Below are positions 26,721 to 37,848 of a stretch of 64,000 nt of DNA, in pieces. The notes beneath the pieces are model-generated. The model was not told the origin of the DNA, did not search any database, and saw only the letters and a program-made list of their open reading frames with translations. The stretch is from the NCBI RefSeq assembly GCF_036321535.1, contig NC_087436.1, forward strand, positions 10,416,001 to 10,480,000, written 5' to 3'. A program made the position numbers and the translations under genes. This DNA comes from Camelus dromedarius. Taxonomy: Eukaryota. How positions within the stretch are numbered: position 1 is the stretch's first letter; each line of letters begins with the position of its first letter.

Positions 26721-28119
26721 ACTTGAATTTCATCTAATGAAAGATACAAGGTAAACATTAGGACAGCAGAGATTTAAGAGATCTATTACTTTTCTAATCT
26801 TACAACAAAAACAATTTCCTAACCAAATTCCTAATCAAATATAAACCATTGCTGTTGTTTTGAAAACCACACCAGGGGTCATTAAATTAGTCTTAGATAA
26901 TTAACTGAGTTGACAGTTTTCCATCCTGACTCAACAATTTCAGCATTATCTCTGCTAGAGCATAAACATTTACAAAGCAGAATGATCGGGAGAAGTAATT
27001 AAAATACACTGAGATAATGTGACCTATAGGAAACTATTGATAAGGATGATCAAGTAATTTTAAGCCTCCAGGAAAATTGTATTTTGGTTTTCTAAATTTA
27101 ATAAAAGACAATCAATGTACTTTGAGCCAAAAACATGTTTAAAATTAAGTTAAAGATTCAGCAATAGAAATTGAGAAAAAGAAATTATGGTCAGTGTAGA
27201 TAATATATTCCCTTTTTATAGAAATTTAGAAATAAGTATAATGCTGACCTCATGCTTCAGATTTACACAAATCATCATTTAAATGCTTTATTTATTGATT
27301 ATTCCTCACTGAAATGTTTTCTCTTGAAGAGATAATCACTGATTTCAGGTTTTCAGTGAAATAACTACTTGGATCAGGTCCCACCAATGCCCCTTCCACC
27401 TCTTCCTAGGACGAACGTGGGCTTTATCAAAGCCAGGCATGCCTGGCTGTCCAGACGTGTAATGTGTTCTTCACCCTTCCCGCAGAGGTCGTGGGTGTGG
27501 ACTGGCTTCTGCTCTACCACCTATGAGTAAAACTATTTCTGCTCGGTGATTGAAAATAGGAAGCGATATGTTTTGAGCCCATTCCACGCATCCATCACTG
27601 AGAAGTCTTTGCTTTGTCATGAAATTTTTACAGATGTGAAATAATGAAAAATGGACTAGTTGGAAAACAATATGGTTTTAGGAGATGTGGGAAAAAAATA
27701 CCATGAAATATGTTACTCTCTATTTAATTAACTTTCTTGTTGTAATGTATCTAGATTATTGTCCAGTAATTTAGAAGCCTTTGTGGTGCAATTTATAATC
27801 TGGCTTTGACAATTTACCTGCACTTTACAGACTCATCAGCTATAAAGGTATCTTTGAAAGGTATTAGTGCCCAAGAAATGTCAGAAAAGTCATTTCTTCT
27901 CCCTTTGGTTTATGAAAATGGCAACGCAAGAGAAACAATCATAATTTCTTACTATTTAAAATTTTACTCTAGAAATTTAACTTTCTGACTGCCCTTCTTG
28001 ACGGAAAATTTTGAAATATTTGATAAAGTGGCTGCCCCAACTCATAGTTATGAAAATGAGTACCCTACAGTCGCACGTAAACAAAAGTTCCATTGAACTA
28101 TGGAATATTTGAGTGGTAT

Positions 28120-28490
28120 TTATTCATTTAATAAATATTTACCGAGATTCTAGACATGGGTTGTATTAGGCACTAAGGTGCAATATTTAGCAAAATCAAC
28201 ATGCACCCTGCTTCACAGAGTTCATAGGGGAACAGAAAAAATGAAGATAATACATTGATTAAATAATTAAAGAACATAATAAATACTATGAGCAAACAAC
28301 CGGTATTGTCAAAATAATGTGGGCAGCCCGGCTTTGAAAAGATAGAGGTTGCCATGAAGATACACTATTTGTGCTTAGCTCTGTATCCCCATGGGTAATT
28401 CAAATTCAGGGAGTGGCCAGGAAGTGTAGGAATTTGTTCCCAGCAGAGGCACAAAGGAGGCACAACAGAGAAACGAAAGCATATTAGCAA
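28120..28490 (-). mobile_element. L2 3' fragment
   Basis: tattcatttaataaatatttaccgag..tattaggcactaagg..ccctgcttcacagagttcatag. Confidence 0.7.
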
Positions 28491-28835
28491 ACCTCACTGA
28501 TAAATGACAGTGTTGAGGTCTCTCCCACAATTCCCAGAAGGAAAAACTAGGTAACATTTATGGTTTCCTCACACTTTACTCTTCAGAATTCATGCCTACA
28601 AAATATCTTCTACAATCTACGGTTATATACACATATTCCCTTTGCATAGAGAAGACACACATATTTTCATTTTTCAGAATGAAAAAGAGAATCAGTAATA
28701 AAAAAAAGTCCTTTTTTGCTGCCATTCCCAATGGAAACTAAAAACATCCATATTATACTCTTTGTCATACCAGTTTTGAGAGGCAGATAGGACGGGATGT
28801 ATCCTTTTATCTCAGGCTAAAAATGAGCTATGTCA

Positions 28836-29069
28836 CGGTGTAGCCCTGTAGTATTGTCTGAAGTCTGGGAGGGTTGTTCCTCCAGCTTCATTCTTTTTAT
28901 TCAGTATTGCTTTGGCAATTCTGGGTCTTTTGCAATTCCACATAAATTTTAGGATTATTAGTTATACTTCTGAAAATTGTCATGGGTAATTTGATAGGGA
29001 TTGCATTAAATCTTTCGATTGCTTCAGGGATGCATTGTAAACTGACTAGACTTCAATTAAAAAAAAAAA
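28836..29069. mobile_element. Short L1 with 5' inversion (minus-strand ORF2 piece fused to a plus-strand 3' tip and poly(A))
   Basis: 28838-29024 resembles 1355-1545 (minus-strand ORF2). 29031-29069 matches the L1 terminus at 8602-8637. Confidence 0.8.
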
Positions 29070-29643
29070 GAAACTATGGTAAAAAAAAAAAACAAAACAC
29101 ATTCATTGATGTGCCTGAAGTTCTTTTTGTGAGGCAAGTAAAAGTGATGTCAAGAGAGGAAGATATAGAGGGTATCTGCATTAAAAATAGAAAAAAAAAT
29201 ATGTATTCAGTTTTATATGCACATATGCACAAAGCTTTCAAAACAACTTAAAAGGTAAAAAATAATTACTCACTGTGGTAAAACAACTCGCTATGGACGA
29301 TAAAACACCATTTTAATTTCTCCCTCAAGCCCTGAACACTGGCTATTCTGGCCATGTGAAACTTTGTTATATATTAGGAGAAAATGGGTCAAAAAACAAG
29401 TGCTTGGGTTCCAGATTTGTTTTGAAGACAAATCCATCAGAAACATTTATAACTTCACATGGTGAATCTCCTGTTAAACCAAAGCAGAAGGCAGTCTGGA
29501 GATTCTGGGCAGTGAACACAGAGCTACTTTTACACTAGATTGAAGAGCAGAAGCACCGGGCTGTTATCCTGGTAATGTCATTCTCTTCAGATGAAGGAGC
29601 CCAGGGCGCAGGAGAGCTGCAAGAGTTGCAAATAGTTGGGACA

Positions 29644-29661
29644 GGAGCCCCCTGGCGGCCA
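29644..29661 (-). promoter_or_regulatory. Candidate CTCF binding site (strong match)
   Basis: The minus strand reads TGGCCGCCAGGGGGCTCC versus the consensus TGGCCACCAGGGGGCGCT. Confidence 0.65.
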
Positions 29662-30989
29662 AGATGAGGGGCTGAGTCCATCCTCGAGTCTGGGGGTCTC
29701 CAGATAAAATCCCCATCGGAAGCCCTTCACACCCAAGAGGGCAAGAGGAAAGGGCATTTGAAAGAAAGAGACATTTTTATTCAGCATGATTTCTGGCCAT
29801 TGGATGCACATTTCCTCAGTGCCTCTTCGCTGTGGATTTCCTGAGAATTTCATTTACTCAGGGATGCCCCAAACAGCTGGTGAAACACGACCACACCATG
29901 ACAACAGTTTTTCCATCCTTACTCTGCAGTATGGAGGCAGAGAAAGACTAGAGGACCTCAGTTAGCTAATATAAAACCCCCAATTCAAGCTGCTTGGATC
30001 TCACCTCCTGAAACCTACTCTAGACGTCATGTGTTACTAGCGTATCTGTGACTCTCTCTTTTGACTTACACATTTTCACACGTGACGATCTCAGTCACCC
30101 ACTTCAATATCCAGAAGTTGCCAGGTTGCTCTTGCCACGTTGCCCGGTGGCCCCCCATCCCTGGGTTTCTAGGAAGTGGGCACCAGTCCAGAGGTGAGGG
30201 CAGAAGGAAGGAAGACTGCCCTTCTCCAGGGCTAGATAGTGACCCCACACGCCAGCATTAAAAACCTACACTTCTGTTTGTAAATGCAGTTTCTGCCAGC
30301 TCCACTTTGGTAGGTGCAAATGTACTTAATGAATATAGGTTTTTGCTTACAGATCTGTGCCGAGGGCAGTGTGAACAGCTACACTTGTGTGTAAATTAAT
30401 TAGCTTAAACAATTGCACCGGAGATCTCACCACACAGGAGATAACCCTCTCACCTTTTCCAGCAGACAGGTTATTAATTTGGCCTTGCCTGACTTCCTAA
30501 TTTTCTGAAACTCATTTTTCAAATAGCTGATAGATTGTATCTGGTCAATCCAGGTTTTGGCTGAGTTTCTAAAACATATTGTGTAGAGCCTGGAGCAGTG
30601 TCAGAATGTCAGGATTCTGTGGGTCAGGCTGAAACATGAACAATTCAATTAGAGCGTCCAAAAGTGAGCATCCTGGGAATGGGATTCATTTTATATTTAG
30701 CTTCAGTTTCTTATCTGTTTTATTAGTCTGGAAGATAAATGCGGACTAGATCTAACAGTGCCTGATCAACTCAAGAGTTTTCATGGATCTCCTAGGAATA
30801 TTTCTTCTTCTTTTTTTCTGCTTTGAAAAAAGAATATATATATAGTACCAGAACCGTCATACTATATAGGTGGGTCAAGCTGGGCTAAAGGAGGAAACTC
30901 TATGCCTGAAAAAAGAAAGTGCCAGGGTTGGGGAGAGGAAATGCATGTTAGGGCTAACAGATGAGCGGCACGGGAGCTGGGGTTGGAAG

Positions 30990-31468
30990 ATGCTAAGGAC
31001 CCTGGACTGACCCACTCAGCCTCCAACCCTCCCTCCTTTCAGGTGTGGAAAGCCAACAGTGGATTTCCCAGATTCCCTTGCAGCTAGAGTTCTCCATGTA
31101 AATTACATCCATCAATTGCGTGCTGTCCTGAGATTTGGAAACGCTGAAGTGAGGTCTTCTTTCTGGTGCTTGTGAAGCAGTTGCTGCTTTCCATCCTGGA
31201 TGTGAAAAGTGTCCCAGTAGCAGCAGGGAAGCACCTGCTATGACTTTTAAAGATGCTGACAGGCCACTGTAACCCTGTAGGCGGGGCGTTTGCTCGAGCA
31301 TGGTCTGGGAGCAACAGTGCTCTCCTTGGGGGACCAAGAGGGTCGCTGGGGGATTATTTCCAAGAAATTCAGCTGAAAAATTCTTCAGCCCTTCCAACAA
31401 CTTAATTCCCATCTTAACTGATTTCCTAGAGTAGTTCCTGTTTCCTGTACTGAACCCCAACTGACAAA
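30990..31468 (+). mobile_element. Old ERVL LTR (LTR16/LTR33-like)
   Basis: atttcccagattcccttgcagctagag motif and 3' end tagttcctgtttcctgtactgaaccccaactgaca. Confidence 0.65.
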
Positions 31469-33626
31469 GGGAGTGAGGACCATATGCCGCTCAGCTGAAT
31501 TTTCTCTTCTAAGAACCAAGGGAATTTTCCAGGCACAACACCCAAAGAAGTTGAACTAGGTCTACAGTCTAAAGTCAGTCTATTTACTAAATCATGGACA
31601 GAATTAAAGGACAAAAGAAAGCCAAATGGCCAAATCAAAGGTTTCAGGGAAAAGGGAAGCAGGGCAGCTACTCATGCAGACAATGGCCTACAACAGGCAA
31701 TGGTCCAAAGGAATTTGTCAGCCCCCAAATTCATCTCACCCCTCTGTACTTTCTCTTCTTCAGGTGGGAGCTTCCCCCGGCCAGCATTCTTGTGGGTTTT
31801 TGTTTTTGTTTTTGTTTTTGTTCTTGTTTTGCAGGGTATGTGGCAACTCTTCAGTGTGGCAGAGCTTAAACCACTCAAGGAATTCGTGATCGTAAGTGCA
31901 CAGCTTAAGGGTGCGGGCCCTCCCTCCCAAGCCACACAACCAAGCTTGGAGTCTGCACGGCAGGCAGAGCTGAGCCGCTAATGGTTTCAGAGCACTGGGT
32001 TCTACTTACGTTCTGGGAAGACAACTTGGAAGCAAAATTCAAAACAGATTAGAAACAATAACACCTGGAAGCAGAAAGACAACTCAGGAGACTGGTGAAC
32101 CATTACAGGGCAGGCGGGATGAAGGCATGAACGGAAGTGAGAACACACTGGGAAGATGTAGTGTGTAGGTTTAATACGACACTGAGTAAGGGACTGGAGG
32201 TACCAGGAAAGGATGCGCTTTCTAATTTGGGCCAATGGGTACCTTGGGACGGATGCCTTTCATGAAGATAAGAACAGACATCAAACTCATAGGAACAAAC
32301 AAGTTAGGACTCAGCAAAGTGGAATGTCAGAATGACATGATTCCAGAGCTGGTCTTGTCCCTCACGAGCTAGGCGACCATGAATAATTCCTTTAATGTTC
32401 AAGCCCCTCCTGCTCACACAATGGAATTAAGGATATCAGTCCCCCATCATACCTGTAACTGACGTGAGAGTAAAAGGGGCTAATGCGACAGGGACGTGGA
32501 AAATTGAGTTGTTTTTCTGATTGTTATTTTACCTCAGTTGGAAAAACTAGGAAGGTTTGTAACAAAACTCTCCAAACTTGAAAAATTAGATTTAATTGCC
32601 TTCATCTAGCTCAGTTTAAAGCTTCATCCAAAATATTATTCACTCTTTTTATCTTAGACCAGGTGGTCTGGGCGACTTCTGTATGAGAGAGCATAATGGT
32701 TTGGAGTGTATTATTTTATTTAGAAAGACAACTGAATAAAGTGGATGTGAGTCAGAGGTTTCCATGGAAATGGGGACAATTACGTGGAATAATGTGGTTT
32801 TCAGTGTATTGTGGACACCCTTGAGTAAAATCACTCAACACTTTCTGCAAGTGGTTAGAAACACACAGCCAACTGCAGATTCGTTATCAAGTCCGCACCG
32901 ACGCGTGAGCTGCAGGAACACGTGGGAACCCGGTCTCCCTTTTCAGCCACTCTGACAAGCAAAAGGCAATGAACATAAGCCATTGTATGTGTTATATTTT
33001 TTAAAGTTGCGACACCTTTTTTGCACTTCATTCCTTTGTTTTCCAAGAGAAAGAGACAATATGTTCTTGATCAAGAACAAAACAGAACAAACAACTGTAC
33101 TTGTAAATCAGCACCTCAGTTAATTTCATATTTGGCACAGAAATAAAAGCATGTAAAAACCAACCTTGCTTTCATGTACCTCAAAGTTCTATCCTTAGGG
33201 GACTAAGTAGCAGGAGTTGGTCACCTGATAAAACCTATCAAATAACCCTGCTAATTAGAGAAATTACACAGACTGCTTTTGTACTTTCAAATAGTTTTTC
33301 TGACATATATAACTAAAATAGGACAGACATGATATATTATGCTTGCTTGATTTCCATAAAGTGTTGAGAGAAAATAAAGTTCTTCTTCACACACTAGATC
33401 TTAAGCCAACTTCTATGGTTATACCTTGTCGTCCAAGGCACCTACTCAGATCAGGGCAGCATTCTGGATAGGCAGACACAAGCTATTACTGTAAATGTAC
33501 ACAAATACTTATATTATTATGTTTATAGTAAAAAAAAAAAGTCCAGTATAATAAGTAGGATAGTATTCTTACAATCATTTATAATCAATGTATTGGAACA
33601 GGTAAGACCATATACAGGGTTTTTAA

Positions 33627-34399
33627 TTTTTTTTTAATTTTTTGTTTGCTTTTTTGACAAATTTATTTTTAGTTTTGCATGTCTTCCATTAGCCTTTATG
33701 TATTTTTTTAATTGAAGTACAGTCAGTTACAATGTGTCAATTTCTGGTGTACAGCACAATGTCCCAGTCACGCATATACATACATATATTTGTTTGTGTA
33801 TTTTTTTCATTAAAGGTTATTACAAGATATTGAATATAGCTCCTTGTGCTATACAGAAGAAATTTGTTTTTTTATCTGTTTTTATATATAGTGGTTAACT
33901 CTTGCAAATCTCAAACTCCCAAATTTATCCCTTCCCACCTCCTTCCCCCTGGTAACCATAAAATTGTTTACTATATCTATGAGTCTATTTCTGTTTTGTA
34001 GATGAGTTTATTAGTGCCCTCTTTTTTCTTTCTTTTTTTTTTTTTTTGGTTCCACATATAAGTGATACCATATGGTATATATACACAATGGAATACTACT
34101 CAGTAATAAAAAAAGAATAAAATAATGCCATTTACAGAAATATAGATAGACCTGGAGATCTTCATTCTAAGTGAAGTAAGCCAGAAAGAGAAAGAAAAAA
34201 ACCATATGAGATCACTCATATGTGGAAGACTTTACATATAAAGAATATTTTCTATTTCAATATCATGACTTTTGAAAACATCATATCATTAGATTTTTCC
34301 CTAAGTGGTTACATCATTTTTATAACCCTTATTTTCAATAGCTGCATAATAGTCCATCAAAAGACATTAACTGAGCACCCACTATGCACCACACATGAT
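33627..34399 (-). mobile_element. Poly(A)-tailed retro-insertion of non-autonomous sequence with perfect TSD (contains a nested L1)
   Basis: catatacagggtttttaa occurs at both 33609-33626 and 34400-34417. T-rich tail at 33627-33655, and AATAAA on the minus strand at 33662-33667. Confidence 0.8.
33704..34229 (-). mobile_element. L1 3' end with 5' inversion (twin priming)
   Basis: Minus-strand L1 3' UTR at about 33704-34075, then plus-strand L1 sequence at about 34071-34227. Flanked by ctttatgtat and ctttacatat. Confidence 0.85.
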
Positions 34400-35649
34400 C
34401 ATATACAGGGTTTTTAAAATCCCAGAGTCAGAAATCTTTCTAGACAAGCAGGCAGATGAGTAGTGTAATTCATCTATGGATTTTGGCTATATGTCTCAAA
34501 CTTGAGGATTTCACATGTATTTTACAAATGCATATGTAAGTACTTTAATATAAAGAGTTTATAATATAATATAATTAGAGAAAGATTCTTTTTCTTTATT
34601 ATTACCTGGCTTAGTGACAAGGAAAAATTTGCTTAAAATATCTTCATCTCAGTTCCCCATCTTCAAGATGGGAAAAATAATACAATAAAGGGTCTCTTAA
34701 GAGAAAAAATTAAAATGAACTGACTTGGCTTAGCACAGAGCCCCTTGGAATAGGCTGGTGATGGCAACATATGGTGGTCTTGGGCAAGATTGAGTGAAAT
34801 ATTTATTTCTTTTTCAGTGTCAGGAATTAGCATGAGGCTCTCCAGAATGTCTGCAGTGACAAGCTTTCATGTAATTGGGGGGAGCTGGCTTTTTAGGGAT
34901 CTATTTTCAGATCCATACCTAGAGGATAGCCGTAGTTTATTATCTGATGCACACTGATGCTTCACTCTGCACTTAGGGCTTGTTAGAGGAGGCACCTCGG
35001 TCTCTCTGTTATGAAGAAAGAAGTGTCACTTTTGGAATAAGATAGACAGAGACAAGGAATGAGAAGAGTCCCTTTGGCCAAAGCTAACAGAGTAGTAGAA
35101 ACAGAAATCACCAGCAGAGGAAAGTGTTCTCTCCCCAAAGAGTGATGCCAAGTGGACCACTGACAGCAAAGGACTCAGAGGCTGCTTGACCTGAGGGCTA
35201 TGATGGAAGAATATGAGAGAATTATTTCTGAGCTCGAGACAATAAGCCCCTTGGAAAACTCACAGAGTAACTGGAGAACAAATTAAGGAGGCCGAATTTA
35301 GGCAAACAAGTTGAAGCAAACCACCCTAATGTGGATTTTAATAATTGCTATGAACATACCACAGGATTGCTTTGGAGAGATAAGAATGCATTTTTTTTTT
35401 TCTGGTGGAAAGGACATTAAAACACCATGTACTTACAATCACAGGGAGGCTGAGTGTCTAACTTAAAAACACACCGCTAGTAGTAGGTGGCAGATTCAGA
35501 ACTGAAAATACCATGAATCACAATTAGAGGCAGTATTGGGAGCTAGCAGGATTGAACTCTTGATCCAGTGCTATTAGACTTAATCAAATGATTAAAACAG
35601 CCTGAGCCTTAGTTTGCCCATGATTACACAGGTAGGAAGTGGCAGAGTG

Positions 35650-36640
35650 TCACTCAAACTAAAGTAATAGGAACAAGAAACAGTTCGCACACGCACAAAA
35701 ATAATAACATAGCAGATTTAAACACCAAAATTCAAATCACCAGACTAAACTCAATTAAAAAGCAAATGTTTCCACGTGGATAAAAAAAGTACAGCTATTA
35801 AAAGCTATAGACACAACTGACATGTAATAATAGAGGAAAATAAAAGTGTCAATAGTGCAAAAAAGATACATCATACAAAAACTCAACAAAAAAAGTTTAG
35901 CTAAATAAATATCAAAGAAGACCTTAAGGAAACAATCATTACTGTGATTAAAGAAGATTTTATACTGATAAAATGGTCAGAACACAAGAAGGATAGAATT
36001 AAAATTTTATAAAACAACTAGTTAAATTATTATATAAAGCAAAATTGGCAAAATTAAAAAAGAGAAACTTATAATCATAGCGGAGAATATTAGCACACCA
36101 CTCTTGAAATGCTAGAACAAGCAGACAAAATGAAAATCAGTGAGGGTCTAGGGTCTTTGAAAATCATTATTGACTAACTTGAGCTAACTGATTTTCACAA
36201 AACATTGCACCTGATAATTGCAACATGCACATTCTTTCCAAGAGAATGTGGACCTTGAACATGTAGCAGAATTACCATTTGGTGGGACATAAAGCAATCT
36301 GAACAAATGTAAAAGGACTGAAATCAATAATAAAGTGATAACCAGAAAAATCCTCCAAAGTTTAAAAGCTAAGAAATAAACAATATATTTCCTGTATCAC
36401 GTAAGTGACAAAGGAAAAGCTGCACTTACAGGGACATTTATAGCCTTAAAAATGCCTATATTAGAAAAGAAGAAAGTTGATACTCAATCATCTAAATATC
36501 TATCTGAAGAAACTAGAAAATAAATGACAAAACTAAAACCAAAGTAAATAGAAGAAAGAAAGCAATAAATCAAAAGGACAAAATAATTAAATTAAAAACA
36601 AATATACAAAGGCCAAGACTACTAACTAAGGAGAAAAACA
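35650..36640 (+). mobile_element. Ancient L1 ORF2 (endonuclease region) fragment
   Basis: A-rich, with caattaaaaagca..aacattgcacc..cacattctttcca..tttatagccttaaaaatgcctatattagaaaagaagaaag. Confidence 0.7.
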
Positions 36641-36729
36641 GTCTTTACATCTCTTCTTTTCTAGTTATTAGCAGCAGACGGGGCTAAAACAAGTTGATTG
36701 CAGGGATACCCACGTTCAGAAGAATCACT

Positions 36730-36961
36730 GTGAATCCCTACTTCAGACCATGCACAGAGACTAACTCAAAGTAGCTCATAGATCTAAATGAAAGAGTTAA
36801 AACCATAAAACTCTTAGAAGAAGACGCAGGAATAAATCTTTGCAATCTGGTTAGGCAGTGATTTCTCAGATACAATACTAACAGCACAAGCAATAAAAGA
36901 GAAAATTGATAGTTTGATTTCAAAGGACACCATCAAGAAAGTGGGAAGACAATCCATAAGG

Positions 36962-37006
<45 letters not shown>

Positions 37007-37500
37007 AATATAAAATAGGCAGTTTTTGTCTAGAACATAGAAAGAACTCCAACAATTCAGTAATAAAGAGACAATTGAACAGACATTGCTCCAAAGAAGA
37101 TACACAGGTGGCTGTTCAACATATGAAAAGATGCTCACCATCAATTAGTCATACAGCAAATTAAAAATCAAAATCATAATAATCCCATCAAACCCAGCAG
37201 AATGGCTAACAACCAGAAAGACAGACAATAACAAATGCTGGAGAGAATCTGGAGTAACTGAAACCCTCATATACTCCTGGTGGGAATTTAAAATGATGCA
37301 GCCACAATGAGAAACATTTTGGCAGTTCCTCAAATTGTTAAACGTAGAGTTACCATATGACCAAACAATTCTAGTACCTAGCCAAGAAAATGAAAATATA
37401 TGTTCATATAAATAGTTGTATATGAATGTTTGTAATATTCATATGCTTATACGCTTATATGTTTAAAATAGCCAAGAAGTGGAACAATCCAAATCAACTG
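36730..37500 (+). mobile_element. L1MB-type ORF2 C-terminal fragment
   Basis: atagatctaaatgaaagagttaaaaccataaaactcttagaagaa..tggcagttcctcaaattgttaaacgtagagttaccatatgacc. Confidence 0.85.
36964..37003. repeat. (TA)n microsatellite
   Basis: About 20 uninterrupted TA units. Confidence 0.95.
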
Positions 37501-37698
37501 ATTTAGTCAAAACTAGCAAGAAATATCATGATAAAAAGAGACTAGCCCCAAATACTCATATCAGAAAGGAAAAGATGGCATTATACACAATAAAAAATAA
37601 TATGACCAATTTTATATTAATAACTTTGAGAATCTACTCTCATGTGGGTGAAATGACCATATTTCTAGAAAAACATGTCTTATCAAAACTGATATGTG

Positions 37699-37848
37699 GA
37701 GGGGAGGGTATAGGTTGGTGGTGGAGTGCATGCTTAGCATGCATGAGGTCCTGGGTTCAATCTCCAGTATCTCCATTTAAAAAACATAAATGAATAAATA
37801 AATAAACCCAATTACCTCACCCCTCGCCCTGCAAAAAAATAGTTATAA
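37699..37848 (+). mobile_element. Vic-1-type SINE
   Basis: ggggagggtataggttggtggtggagtgcatgcttagcatgcatgaggtcctgggttcaatctcc, with TSD-like aaaactgata on both sides. Confidence 0.9.

Noticed and set aside
30993..31460. 155-aa ORF, the longest in the window
   Set aside because: It lies antisense within an old ERVL-type LTR and shows no protein-family features.
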